Shown here one piece after another: positions 1-10,955 of a DNA stretch of 64,000 nt. The stretch spans positions 1,616,734 to 1,680,733 of the forward strand of contig JBNZDD010013659.1 of NCBI GenBank assembly GCA_050575255.1. Direction: 5' to 3'. Position 1 is the stretch's first letter; the number at the start of each line of letters is the position of its first letter. The position numbers and the translations under genes were made by a program. The notes beneath the pieces were generated by a model. The model was not told the DNA's origin, made no database searches, and worked only from the letters and a program-made list of their open reading frames with translations. The stretch is from Harriotta raleighana (taxonomy: Eukaryota).

Positions 1-1889
1 TAGTAGTTTATTATATATAATATTAGATTACTAGATTATATTAGATAATATATTATCTAATATATTAGATTACTACTAATATTCCTTGCATTTGTTATAT
101 TTGACCATTTGTTTCAGGGGATGCCATTAAGTCCAGTATAACAAACATCTTATCCCCCACCCATTGTGCTCGATCCTGACCCCTGACTGTTTAACGCCTT
201 GTGATGTCCTCCCGATGTGAAAGGTGCTCTACAAATGTAATTTTGTGGTAGTTATCTGATTTTAAAAGGAATATTCCAGGTCACATTCTGGTAAAGGAGA
301 TACTGTAATACCATAGGAGGAATTCACTATCTCATTAATGTTCAACAAAATAATTTCTTAACCATACTTTTACATCATGTTTTTATTGTGGAAAACCTGC
401 ATGGAAGGATTATTAGAACTTGGTTGGCATTGGCTTTTTAGATTAGTTAGTGAATGCTTGGAAACGTGATGTCAGCAAAACATTGCATTGTTTTAAGTCT
501 CACTCTGGTCAGAAGCTATTCTCATGGATTTTTGTTGATCTGAGATAAGGTCTCAACAATTCTTTCTGCAAGAATTGTTTTAAGACATGTACAGTATTTT
601 TTTCCTCAGACGTACAACCCAGATTTTGTCAGGTCGATGCTCAACTGCTTATTTTTCTTTAAAAACTTTCTCAAAATCAAACTGTGTGGCACTCTTTTTT
701 TTCCAAAAAAAGTAAATCATAAGGTTGGAGGAAAACCTAGAAATTGTTAAAACACAATTGATAAGATGTAATTATTTGTAATAGTAACTTTAATAGCCCC
801 ATAGTTATAATGAAGTTCAATCAACAACACCAATGCCTTTGTTCCTTTCTTTGGTCCTCAATTTGTAGCCTGGCAAGCACTCTGAGCTCGAGACACAATA
901 GCAAATACATACATACACACACTACAAGGTCACTGGTAAAAATTCAGGGTCACCAAGTGCTGCAAGATCATAAGACAAGAATCACATTGTAAACTCCTGT
1001 ATGTAGATCACATGGGAGCTGAAAGACAGTCCGAGGTGTCTGTACTGGAACAAGTCTGAAGACAAGATATCAACTATTGTATTAGCAATGCCTGTATTTG
1101 TCTAGCGTCTCAGGTTATGTGCTTCCCATATATGTATGTGTATGCACATGTGCTACTTTTCAATGCATATTGTAGGTCTGAAATTTTACCAAGTTTTGGC
1201 AGTTTGAAACCTGTTTGTTTCAAAATTATGGAATATTCTCAAACTTAATTTTGTAATTGGCTCTTCGTAAGAATTGTAGCAAATCAGTTTCCAAATTAAG
1301 ATTGAATTTGAGAATTTTACCCAATCTTATCATCAATTAAAATTGAAAAACAAATTGTTTTTATTGATTAAAACTATGTTTTCTGCCCATATAATGTGGA
1401 TTTAATATAGTATATTTCAAAATAGTTTTACTGTAAAAGTTTTTCGCCAAGCAACATCTTTCAATTTATTTCCAGACAAAACTTTGAGGTACTGAATTTA
1501 TTATTCTGGAGTATTATACTAGTTTGACTGATTGGAACTGAACATGGGAAGTGAGGAAAGGCATTGCATTATGGTTTTCTCAACTTAAATTTGCTGCTAT
1601 TAAGAAGTCACTCCTCCCCCCCCCATCTGTAGACTTAATTGTCTCAGATGCCATTGTAAGGAAGGAGATGTCTCTGTTCTTCTTTTATACATAAATCAAT
1701 GATTTATTAACTTTATCATTAGGTCCAAAATGTCTAGGCAATTTCTAGGGTTAGGTTTCTTTAAAAACATTAAATCTCTCAAAGAAGTGTCAACCGGAGT
1801 AATACAAAGACCACAAATTATTTCCAGTAACTCTGCATGAATCTATAATCATTCAGCAAGATAAAATAAGCAAAAGCTACAAGAAACAG

Positions 1890-3603
1890 GTGGGATATAT
1901 TTTTTAAAGTATTTATTATGTGTTACAGCATCATGGAGTTGAGAATCACACATACTGTCATTTATAGAAAAGAAAACAGTCTTCTGTGCTTAAACACGCT
2001 TACACCATTACAGATTCATGAAACGCTGAATAATTTGTGCTCTCCACTCAGCAGGTTGTATTACTTTGGCTCTTTGTTTAAACAGCCTCCTTCGAATTCC
2101 TAAAGACTGAGGTGGGTTAAATCCAAGTGTTCTCACCTGAAATGCTGTCGCGAAACAAGCTGAATTGGCTTAAGCTGTGAAGTCGCCGTCTCGATTTGAA
2201 TGTAGTTAAGTGTTAATGTTGAAATAAAAATCAATCTTAAAGCTGCTTTGCCCCAAAATTTATTTACACTGAATCATTTATCAATAAGATCACAATATCA
2301 AAAAATATAAGTAAAAATATTTGTAAAAGAATCCCGCAGCTTGTTTTATATAAAGAATTTGGTGGAAGCGCAGTCCTGTTCCCTGCACATATGCTCATCC
2401 CATTATTAATTGTTTTAAAAATCTTTCTTTTCAACTATGTAAAGCAGCTGCTGGTTGTTACAGTACTGGAAGTTAGCCCACAACTTTCATTTTAGGAACG
2501 TTAGACGATTAAGAGATCTAGCAAAACAGTTAAAAGAAGCTGTAGTGTTTCGGAAACCGTGGCAAATATATCCTTGCAAGCAAGGAAACAATGGAATGAG
2601 GGGATGCACATTTTTGGGTGAAGAACCAAAAGATCTGAGCTGTTTTATTTGAACGGCCATGAATGGTAAGTTAATGCACAGAGAAACCGCAACTTGGGAA
2701 AAGGGAGGCAGCAAAAAGCCTTGAAATTTATCACAGTGATCAATAAAGATGGAAGTGCACATTTTGGCCCAAACTGACAGCAGGTCCTCATGTGGATCAC
2801 AGTGCTGTAAGGAACAGGAGTGAATTAAGTAAAAAAATGAATTGCAAAACAGCAGAGAATTTTGTTTTTTTTCCAACAATTTTTAAAATGCAATTTTCTT
2901 TGGTTAAATCCCCCATCATTATCAGGCAAAGCAGCTTTAATTCAAACGGCGATGCTCACAAGACCGTAAGATATATATGCAAATGTTCTCCTGCGTTACT
3001 TACTTAAGAGTAAATAAATCAGTTGTGGGATATCTCTAAAGGCAGGCTGGGCTGTTATTCCACAAATTATGATTGGGGACAAACCATGCATTAGGAAACT
3101 GCTGTCCATATCATCAATGCAGATCCATTTATTGTTGATGTAATTGTACCATAACACTTTCTAACTGAGTCAGATTAACATTAAAAAATTTAACTTTTTA
3201 AAATCATTAATCTTTTTTTTCTTAAAACTTTTGGTTCTCCTAGCTGCCCGTCAGAAGACCTTCTGATTTAATACTAATTGGCTTAACCGTTTAAACTCTT
3301 TCGCGTACCTCACTTAACCCAGTTTTTTTTTAAATGCTTTGATCAAAAAATACTTATTTTGCGTCTCAACACCATAGCCCAGATACATCGTCTCACACGT
3401 ATGACCACCTTTACAAGGAATGTCTTCTTTACTTTTTAAACTGGATTTGAATCTGCCAAGGGTGGTCTCACCCGGAGGCATCATGAGCTCAATGGATTAA
3501 ACCAAGCTAATGGAAACAGGCTGCCATTTTTTTTAAGCACTCAAAATATGTCATTGTGCCATATGACTGATGCCCCTGAGCAGTGGCCTCCAACCAGCCG
3601 GAT
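1890..3603 (-). other. elovl6: Probable elovl6 3'UTR (about 1.7 kb)
   Basis: Repeat-free sequence between the stop codon and the best poly(A) signal. The 3' end is inferred, not observed. Confidence 0.6.
1912..1917 (-). terminator. Candidate polyadenylation signal AATAAA
   Basis: Minus strand reads ...gcTGTAacacatAATAAAtacttt...ccca, then a GU/U-rich tract (cctgtttcttgtagcttttgcttatttt). An alternative AATAAA lies at 1465-1470. Confidence 0.5.
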
Positions 3604-4028
3604 CTAGGCGACCTTCAGTGCTTTCCTGCTGTTGCTCAAATAGGCCTCGTAAAAGAACTGGCAGAAGAGGACAAAGTAGCTGAGGTACATTAGCGAGGAC
3701 CAGACGATGTTGTGCATGTGGGATGGACACTGGCCTAGCTGCATCCACTCGTACACCAAATAGTTAACAACGCAGCCCAACAACATCTGTGTGATCTGGG
3801 TCATGGTGATGAGCATGGCAAACTTGCGCGAGACTCTGAAGCCAGCCGCTCGCAAAGCATAATAGGAGTACATAACGGCGTGGACGCCATAGTTCATGGT
3901 CATAAACCACCCTCCTCCGGCCACCATGTCTTTGTAGGAATACCAGGAGTACAGCAGCACCGTGATGTGGTGGTACCAGTGCAGAAAGATGAGCTTCTGC
4001 TTCCGCAGTATAATGAACATTGTGTCTC
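3604..4028 (-). CDS. elovl6: elovl6 coding exon 4 (425 nt to the TAG stop)
   Basis: Acceptor cttcctccag|GA, translation [32 protein letters not shown]...[12 protein letters not shown]...RKALKVA*. Contains the elongase HxxHH motif and a basic C-terminus typical of ER retention. Confidence 0.98.
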
Positions 4029-5761
4029 CTGGAGGAAGAGGCAAACAGAAAACTCTTTTTACAAACACCGTTCTTTTATAACAGGAAGCTCGTCTCTGTT
4101 TATAATTCCATGTCTCAGTGAGATGTTGAATTATTATGAATAAAATAATTTTAAGTAATAATCCTTATTCGGACATCTCAAAGCGCTTCATACAAGCCTC
4201 TTAGCTTGGTCATCGTTTATTCATAAGAATTGTAGCAAATCAGCTTCCATATTAAGATTCAATTTGGAAATTTATACACTTATACCCCATGTTAACATAT
4301 TTCAACCCCATTTAAACAGTTTTATACCTCAATTGCGTTTTAATCTGGAGTAGCAGTGTCAAAACACGTCATACACACCCAGAAACTAATCATCATACTT
4401 AGCAGTATCCAAATTATATTGCGAGTTCCACAAGTAGGAAAAAAGAAACAGCAATAGGCCAATCAACCCCTCAAGAACGTTTCACCGTTCTATTGGATCA
4501 TGAATGAATGAATGCCATATAGAAATATTATCATGCCTGGAACAGTGCGGGTTCCCTCTCCTTTTTACCACACTTATTCTTAGTGGACTTGGGACATAGA
4601 TATTATCAACACAATAACTATCTCTCACCAACATTCTTAAATCAAAGGATGAAATGTTTAACTGTAGCATTTAATTGAGTATAATGTTTTGCAAAGTTCA
4701 TTTAGTGAATAAATCCAAGTAGATATAAAGACACCCTGCATCAGAAACTAAAATGAGAGCTTCTGCCTTCGAACAGCTGGAATACTGCACTATCAAAAAT
4801 TAAACAAGAGCCTTTAGAGAACCACATAGAGTGAGGCAATTCAGTGGTGCCTACGTTTGGAAAGATCATGTTGACTGTACTGAGGCCAAATAAGACCAGA
4901 CAGAACCAGTTGAACATACTTTGAACAGCTGGAGATCAGCATGTCATTGCTGGCTTGTGAAGGGTTCCCCTGCCACCCCACCCTCACTCCCACCTCCATT
5001 GTTCAGAATAAGCCATGTTGTTGGCTGCCACGCAAATTCTTTTTAAAAACAGAAACCCATTCTACGATACTCAGGAATCTTTTTGACATACAGAGAAGCA
5101 AAAATAGGTTTTATAATAATAATTCTTACATTTGATAGTGTCTCATTACAGTCGTGGATTGATTGACCAATTTTTTTTGAAGAGATCATTACCCCAGAGA
5201 GCAATCTGCCAAGTGAATTAATTGACTGTATATTTGTGGGTGAAATCGGGCAGCCAAAGGCACAAAACAGTGTCCCACAAACAGGCATGGATTGAAATGT
5301 CCAATTTATTATTGTTTTTTTTCAAGGAATCATTATCACCTCATTGAAACATCTCAAACCACTTCAGTGTAAATCGTAAAGTGACTGTGGATTTTATAGG
5401 TGAAACGCAGCAGCCAACTGCCCACATCAGTGTCTCATTACACAGTCATGGATTGATTGACCAATTTTTTTGAAGAGATCATTAGCCCAGAGAGCAATCT
5501 GCCAATCAACTGTGTTCTTATTGACTGCTAGGTAAACAGGGGTGTGGAGTAAGGAATCTTGTCTAAGGTTTCACCCTGCCCAGGAATTAAACTTAGGTTG
5601 TCTAACCTGCCAGGCGAGTGTGCTAACCCCTATGCTATCAGACTCCATAAGTTTTGATTTATTCTGCACTGTTTCAGTGATACCAATGTACAACAAAGAA
5701 AAAAAATCATGATTTTGCCCCCAAATTCTGCACAAAGCATAAACCTGTCTTCCAGACTCAC

Positions 5762-5913
5762 CTAACTCAGGTGCTTTGCTTAACACAAATGCATACGCCC
5801 AGAATTTGCTGATTGGTCCATTGTAGAAACTTTGGTCGCACACCGATTGTTTCAGGCCTCTTGTAGTCAGGATATATACCATGTATGCTCCAGTACGCAC
5901 AGCACCAATAATA
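5762..5913 (-). CDS. elovl6: elovl6 coding exon 3 (152 nt)
   Basis: Acceptor ttttcttaaag|T, translation [50 protein letters not shown](G), donor G|gtgagt (phase 1). Confidence 0.97.
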
Positions 5914-5945
5914 CTTTAAGAAAAGAAAGGAAAACCGATTATAAA

Positions 5946-7359
5946 AATAATAATAATAATCTTTGCATTTGATATAACTCTTTTCATTTGATTTAACACT
6001 CTCCTCAAACAGTTTTTCCTCCATTCCCCGCACAGTCACTTGCGGCGTTCCACAGGGCTCTTCACTCTCCTCCTGAGCGACATCATCGGCAGACATGGGG
6101 TCAATTTCCACATGTATGCGGACGACACCCAACTCTACCTCTGTGTATCTACGCTCGACTCCAGGACTATTGGCATTCTGACTGCATGTCTGTTCGATAG
6201 CGAGTCCTGGATGAGGGCAAACTTCCTGCAACTCAACGTCAACAAGACAGAAGCTCTCCTGTTTGGCTCACGCCAGCGCCTCTGCACCTCATGCGCTGAC
6301 AAAATCAGCGTCCAAGGCTGTTCACTCCACCTCTTGAAGCCAATCAGGAATCTGGGGGTCTTGTTCGATCCCGAACTTCCTCCCCCACATCCGCTCTATG
6401 ACCGGCACAGCCTTCCACTACCTCCGCAATATTGCCAAGCTCTGTCACTACCTCACCTCCCATGCCGCCGAAACCCTCAGTCACGCCTTTATCCACTTCC
6501 AGGCTGGACTATGGGAACTCTCTTCTCGTCGGCCTTCCCAACTCCTCTCTTCACAGGCTGTAGATCATTCTGAATTCTGCAGCTCGGGTACTCTCCTGCA
6601 CCAAGCTTCATGACCACATTACTCCCATCCTTGCCCGTCTCCACTGGCTCCCCAACCCCCAGAGGATCGAATTCAAGATCCTCGTCCTCACCTTCAAGGC
6701 CATTCACGGCCTTGCCCCCGCCTATCTCTCTGACCTGCTATCTCCCTATCAGCCTGCCCACCCCCTCAGTTCAGCAGATTCAGGGCTGCTCCGTGTCCAC
6801 CACCCTAACCGCCCAACCATCGGTGGCCGGGCTTTCAGCCTCTCTGCCACCACACTTTGGAACTCCATCCCGCAGTCCCTCCACCTTGCTTCCTCCCTTT
6901 CCTCCTTCAAGGCTGGTCTCAAGACCGTCCTCTTTGACCGCGCCTTCGCCTCCCCCACTAACTCTTCCCTCTCTCGCTATTTCCCGCTCCCCACCACCCC
7001 TCGGATCACAACCTGACTGTTCAGAGCTTTGAGACATCTTCCCGACATGAAAGGCGCTACACAAGTGTAATTTTGTTGTTGTTGTTTCATATCTTCTCAA
7101 CATCTCAAAGCACTTCACCAGAATATGTTGTAAAGTGAATTGATTGTATATTTTGGGTGAAATGCAGCAGCCAATCGCACAAAACAGTGTCCCATAAACA
7201 GGCGTGGATTGAAATGACCAATTTATTATTGTTTTTTTTCAAAGGGTTATTATTAAGCTTGTGGAGTAAGGAAACTTGCCCAAGGTTTTGCCCTGCCTGG
7301 AATTGTATCCAGGTCTCTCGCTTGCAAGGGGAGTGCTCTAACCACGAAGCTACAGGACT
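5946..7359 (-). mobile_element. tRNA-headed SINE interrupted by an L2 insertion
   Basis: Head agtcctgtagcttcgtggttagagcact...ccaggcagggc at about 7290-7359, body to 7087, (ATT)n tail at 5946-5987 on the far side of the L2. Confidence 0.8.
5988..7086 (+). mobile_element. 5'-truncated L2-clade LINE (RT C-terminal part, 3'UTR, (TTG)n tail)
   Basis: ORF 6040-6573 contains FHMYADDTQLY, W..NFLQLNVNKTE and RNLGV.FD. It is frameshifted, ends in ttttgttgttgttg and is flanked by TTTCAT repeats. Confidence 0.92.
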
Positions 7360-7510
7360 CCACATTATGTAACATGACATCAGATTAATGAAGGTATTTA
7401 TTTCTGGTTACCTGATTTTATCATTAATACTGAGCTCAGTGATACTCAATTATAGTGTGTCATTCAGCAACTGAAACTAACTGGAACATTTTTCTTTAAC
7501 AAATTCAGTA

Positions 7511-8449
7511 CAGTTAACTCTCGTCGATCGCGGAAGTTACATTCCTGGAAAACTGGGCACTCAACAAAATCGTGTTGGAGAAGCTTAAGAAGTAATGGGA
7601 AAAGAGGGGTTAGGGGAATCCAGTTGCAGGCTACCCACCTCAAGCCTCCAGCACATCCGTTGCAAGGTACCTACTGAGGCGGGCTGGCCTGCTCCTTGCT
7701 CTGCCTGCCTCTCCCCTTTCTTCTTGCCCATACCCCCCCCCCCCCCCCACTCTTCCTGCTCTCATTTCTCCTATCACCCAGGAAGTCGGCAAATCAGGGC
7801 AGCCCGGGAGGGAGGCAGAGAGAAATCAGGGAGAGCAGCGGGCGGGCGGGTGGGAGGGAACGGAGAACTGCTCGGAGGAGCAGGGGGACTTGGGAAGGTG
7901 CGGAGCAGCGAGCCGCTCTGAGGCGAGGGGGGTTAGGGGGGACTTGGCAAGGTGGGGATCAGCGAGCCGCTCGGAGGGCAGAGTGCTGGGGACACAGAAA
8001 GGTTACAGCGGCTTTGTTATCACTTTACTGCTACAATAAAGTGATAACAAAGCAATAAAGCAATAAAGTAACAGGATAGATTAGCCTACATTTCTGTACG
8101 ATTCTTGTCTCTCTCTCTCTGCCTTTTCTGTTTACCATGCAGCGCAATAAAATTCTCAGATGCCAAAGCGTTATTCTATTTACCCAGAACGCATTCCGCG
8201 TGGGGCTTCGGCTTTATTCGGGATCTGCGGGCCTCGTCAAAAATGCGCATGCGCATGGGACCAGTCAGCCAAGGAATCATCAGATTTAGTCGGGAGCTAT
8301 CGCCGTCTTCTCCCGTGCCCATGCGCACGGGGGCCAGCCAGCGCGTGTACACAAGTTTTACGTGCGCTGCACATAAAAGTGATGCTTTTGTTTTGTCGTG
8401 TATACTTGAATTCGCAATCGATAAAGTCACCTTCGACGAGGGTTAACTG
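7511..8449. mobile_element. Non-autonomous Tc1/mariner (Tigger/pogo-like) DNA transposon
   Basis: TA|CAGTTAACTCTCGTCGA ... TCGACGAGGGTTAACTG|TA: 17-bp TIR with one mismatch and a TA TSD. GC/CpG-rich interior, no transposase ORF. Confidence 0.88.
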
Positions 8450-10705
8450 TATTTTCAATACTAAAGGCAAGTCTCATCTTTCAAGGGACCCATGTGTGAA
8501 ATTATCTGCTTTTATTTGCACTCCAGTTGGGCACAATGGTTGACTTTCTCAGTGTTACAAGGGAATATCTGATGGAATAGTTAGGAAACGTTAAGCAGAT
8601 TCAAATGCTATGTAAATAATGGGACTGTACTACTCAAAAAAAAGCACAGATTTCTTCTTCCATAGTTTCAAGATCTAATATAAAAGAATGAATTGCACAG
8701 TATCCCACATATCCAAAGCACCATCAATTCCCAAACACTGAAAAAAATAACTGATTCTTGCAACCATATCAAATGTCCCAAATTCTCTCAGGCTTTTCAA
8801 ATGCTCAAGTGCACTTCACTGTAAAACTCACCCCCATTTTACTGGGGCAATGTCACCTGAGCATGATCTGATGGGGGAAAGCTGAAGCAGAGGGTGCTGA
8901 TGCTTGGCCTAATAGCTTGGTTGAAATTTGCTCCATTGGTTGAGTAGCTGATTTGTGATTCAGTCACTAAATCTGTCCTATGGCAAATGTTTGTGGTTGT
9001 GGGTGGGAAAATTTACACAAGCTGAAATTTTAAACAAATTAAAAAGAAGTTTGCTGCTTGCTATTCAAAGGTCATCTGAGTAGGTAAAGGACTGTAACTG
9101 CTGCTCTTCCTTTCCCAACCTTACTTTGCTACACCCCAGATAAAAGCCAAGCCTTGCAGTTAATCTCCGTGAGGCAGCACTTCATCACAGCCCAGGGATC
9201 AAGCTGTTTATTTTGGCTTCCTGCCCAAGTTAAAAACAATTATTTTCTTTGCACGAGATAGAATGTCCTACAGCAAGTGTCAGAATATTGCATTGAAAAA
9301 AGGCCTTGAGCGTTTTCTATTGCTTTTGTTGTCCAGTTGATTTTTGTTTCTGTAGAACTCCTGGGAGTACAGCGTGTCTGCAGGACATGCATTCAGGTGA
9401 CACCAGTGACTGCTGCGGCAGTACTCCAACCTGGGGATCTGTGTATAAGTAAGGGAAGCAGAAGCTACACGTTGAGAGCGAAAACTAATGGAAGTGGTCA
9501 ATTTATTACGTTCAGTTAAGAAGTCTGAATGGGAAATACAGGACAGAATTGTCATTGGATTGATTCTGCTACCAACTAGTTATCAGAGGGAGTGGGAGAG
9601 AGAGAGAGAGCAAGAGAGAGAGCGAGAGAGAAAAATGGCCTGAGAATAACGACTGCAAATGGAGAAGCCAAATGCACAACACTGGGTTGTAGCTACAGTT
9701 AATATATCTTTAATAGTTTCTAGCTACATTATTTCTAACATCAAAATGAGCTGCTTACACTAGCAGGCTGTTTTATGAGACACATCAGCTGGGATTCTAG
9801 AAGCAAGGTAACAGCATATTACTGTACAATGGCATCCTTGCATTAGCATTCATATATATTTCTGTGTGGCACTACAGTACGACAGCACCAATATGCAAAG
9901 AAGTGGCATTTAGCACACTAAACTAACCGCTATCTTAAATGAATTAGACAAGGCCAAACAACCATCACATTTATTCTCACTTTGAGACATGATAATTTCA
10001 GAAACTTGTCACATTCAGATTCCCACATTTGCAAGTTTTGAATTGACACTGGTGCCTGTCTGTACATGTTTAAGAGACTCGCACAAAAACGTTATAGGGA
10101 TAGTAGAACTGTTTTGCTGTAGATTTGAGCTCTGAAACAACATACAAAAAAACTGGTTTGATTTTAATCCAAATAACCAATTTATTTCCAAACTTCAAAA
10201 AAAATGCAAAGCTAAAGTGAGAAAACGGCATTTACAAAACAAACCATTGTGCAAATTTTACATCTCAACAAGAATTGCCTATCATATTACTGTCCTTTCC
10301 AGTATTGATTGAGTTGTAAGAGGACTTTGAATTGTTTGATTGTTTGTCAAAAATTACTGTCTTGGTCCAATACAAAACAATTGCGGTTTGTTTGCAGATC
10401 ATTTGAGGACAATAACTCCTTGGACGTATCATTTTGTAGGACACTTGCAGAGCTCACTGAACGGCCTGGCCTCTATATCTTCTGGTTAGTCATAGCAGCA
10501 CATACAGTACTACACTACTGAACCACATCATTGCTAGATAAAACTCCAACTGACATCAGCAGAATTCACTAACCTTTGCCCTACAAATGCTGGGCCACAA
10601 AACAATCAGTCAATTCCCTGGCTGAAAGCATTGGGAATTCCTAAATGTGATTCGTAGGATAAAATTTCTCTGCAACTAGGTGTTTTTATTGATACTGTGC
10701 TCTAT

Positions 10706-10955
10706 CTACAACAACAAGAAATTACATTTATATAACGCCTTTCATGTCAGAACCAACATCAAAAGGGCTAGACAATTGAGGGTTTGCATCCAAGCTTGAG
10801 GTTGAATTTGGGAGGGGGTGGAGGTCAAAGGTGGGAAGTTGACCGAAGGCATGGTCAAAGAGGAATGTCTTGAAACTGACTTTGAAGGAGGCCAGGGAAA
10901 GGGGTGTGGCGAAGGCACTCCAGGATGGAATTCCGGAGAGTGGGGGCAGACAGGC
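10706..10955 (-). mobile_element. L2 3' fragment
   Basis: Reverse (TTG)n tail and tggaattcc...tttgaccatgccttc segment homologous to the 5988-7086 L2 3' end. Confidence 0.75.

Noticed and set aside
4029-4068. N-terminal extension [13 protein letters not shown] of the 154-aa ORF
   Set aside because: Intron 3 polypyrimidine tract read in frame; the exon begins at 4028.
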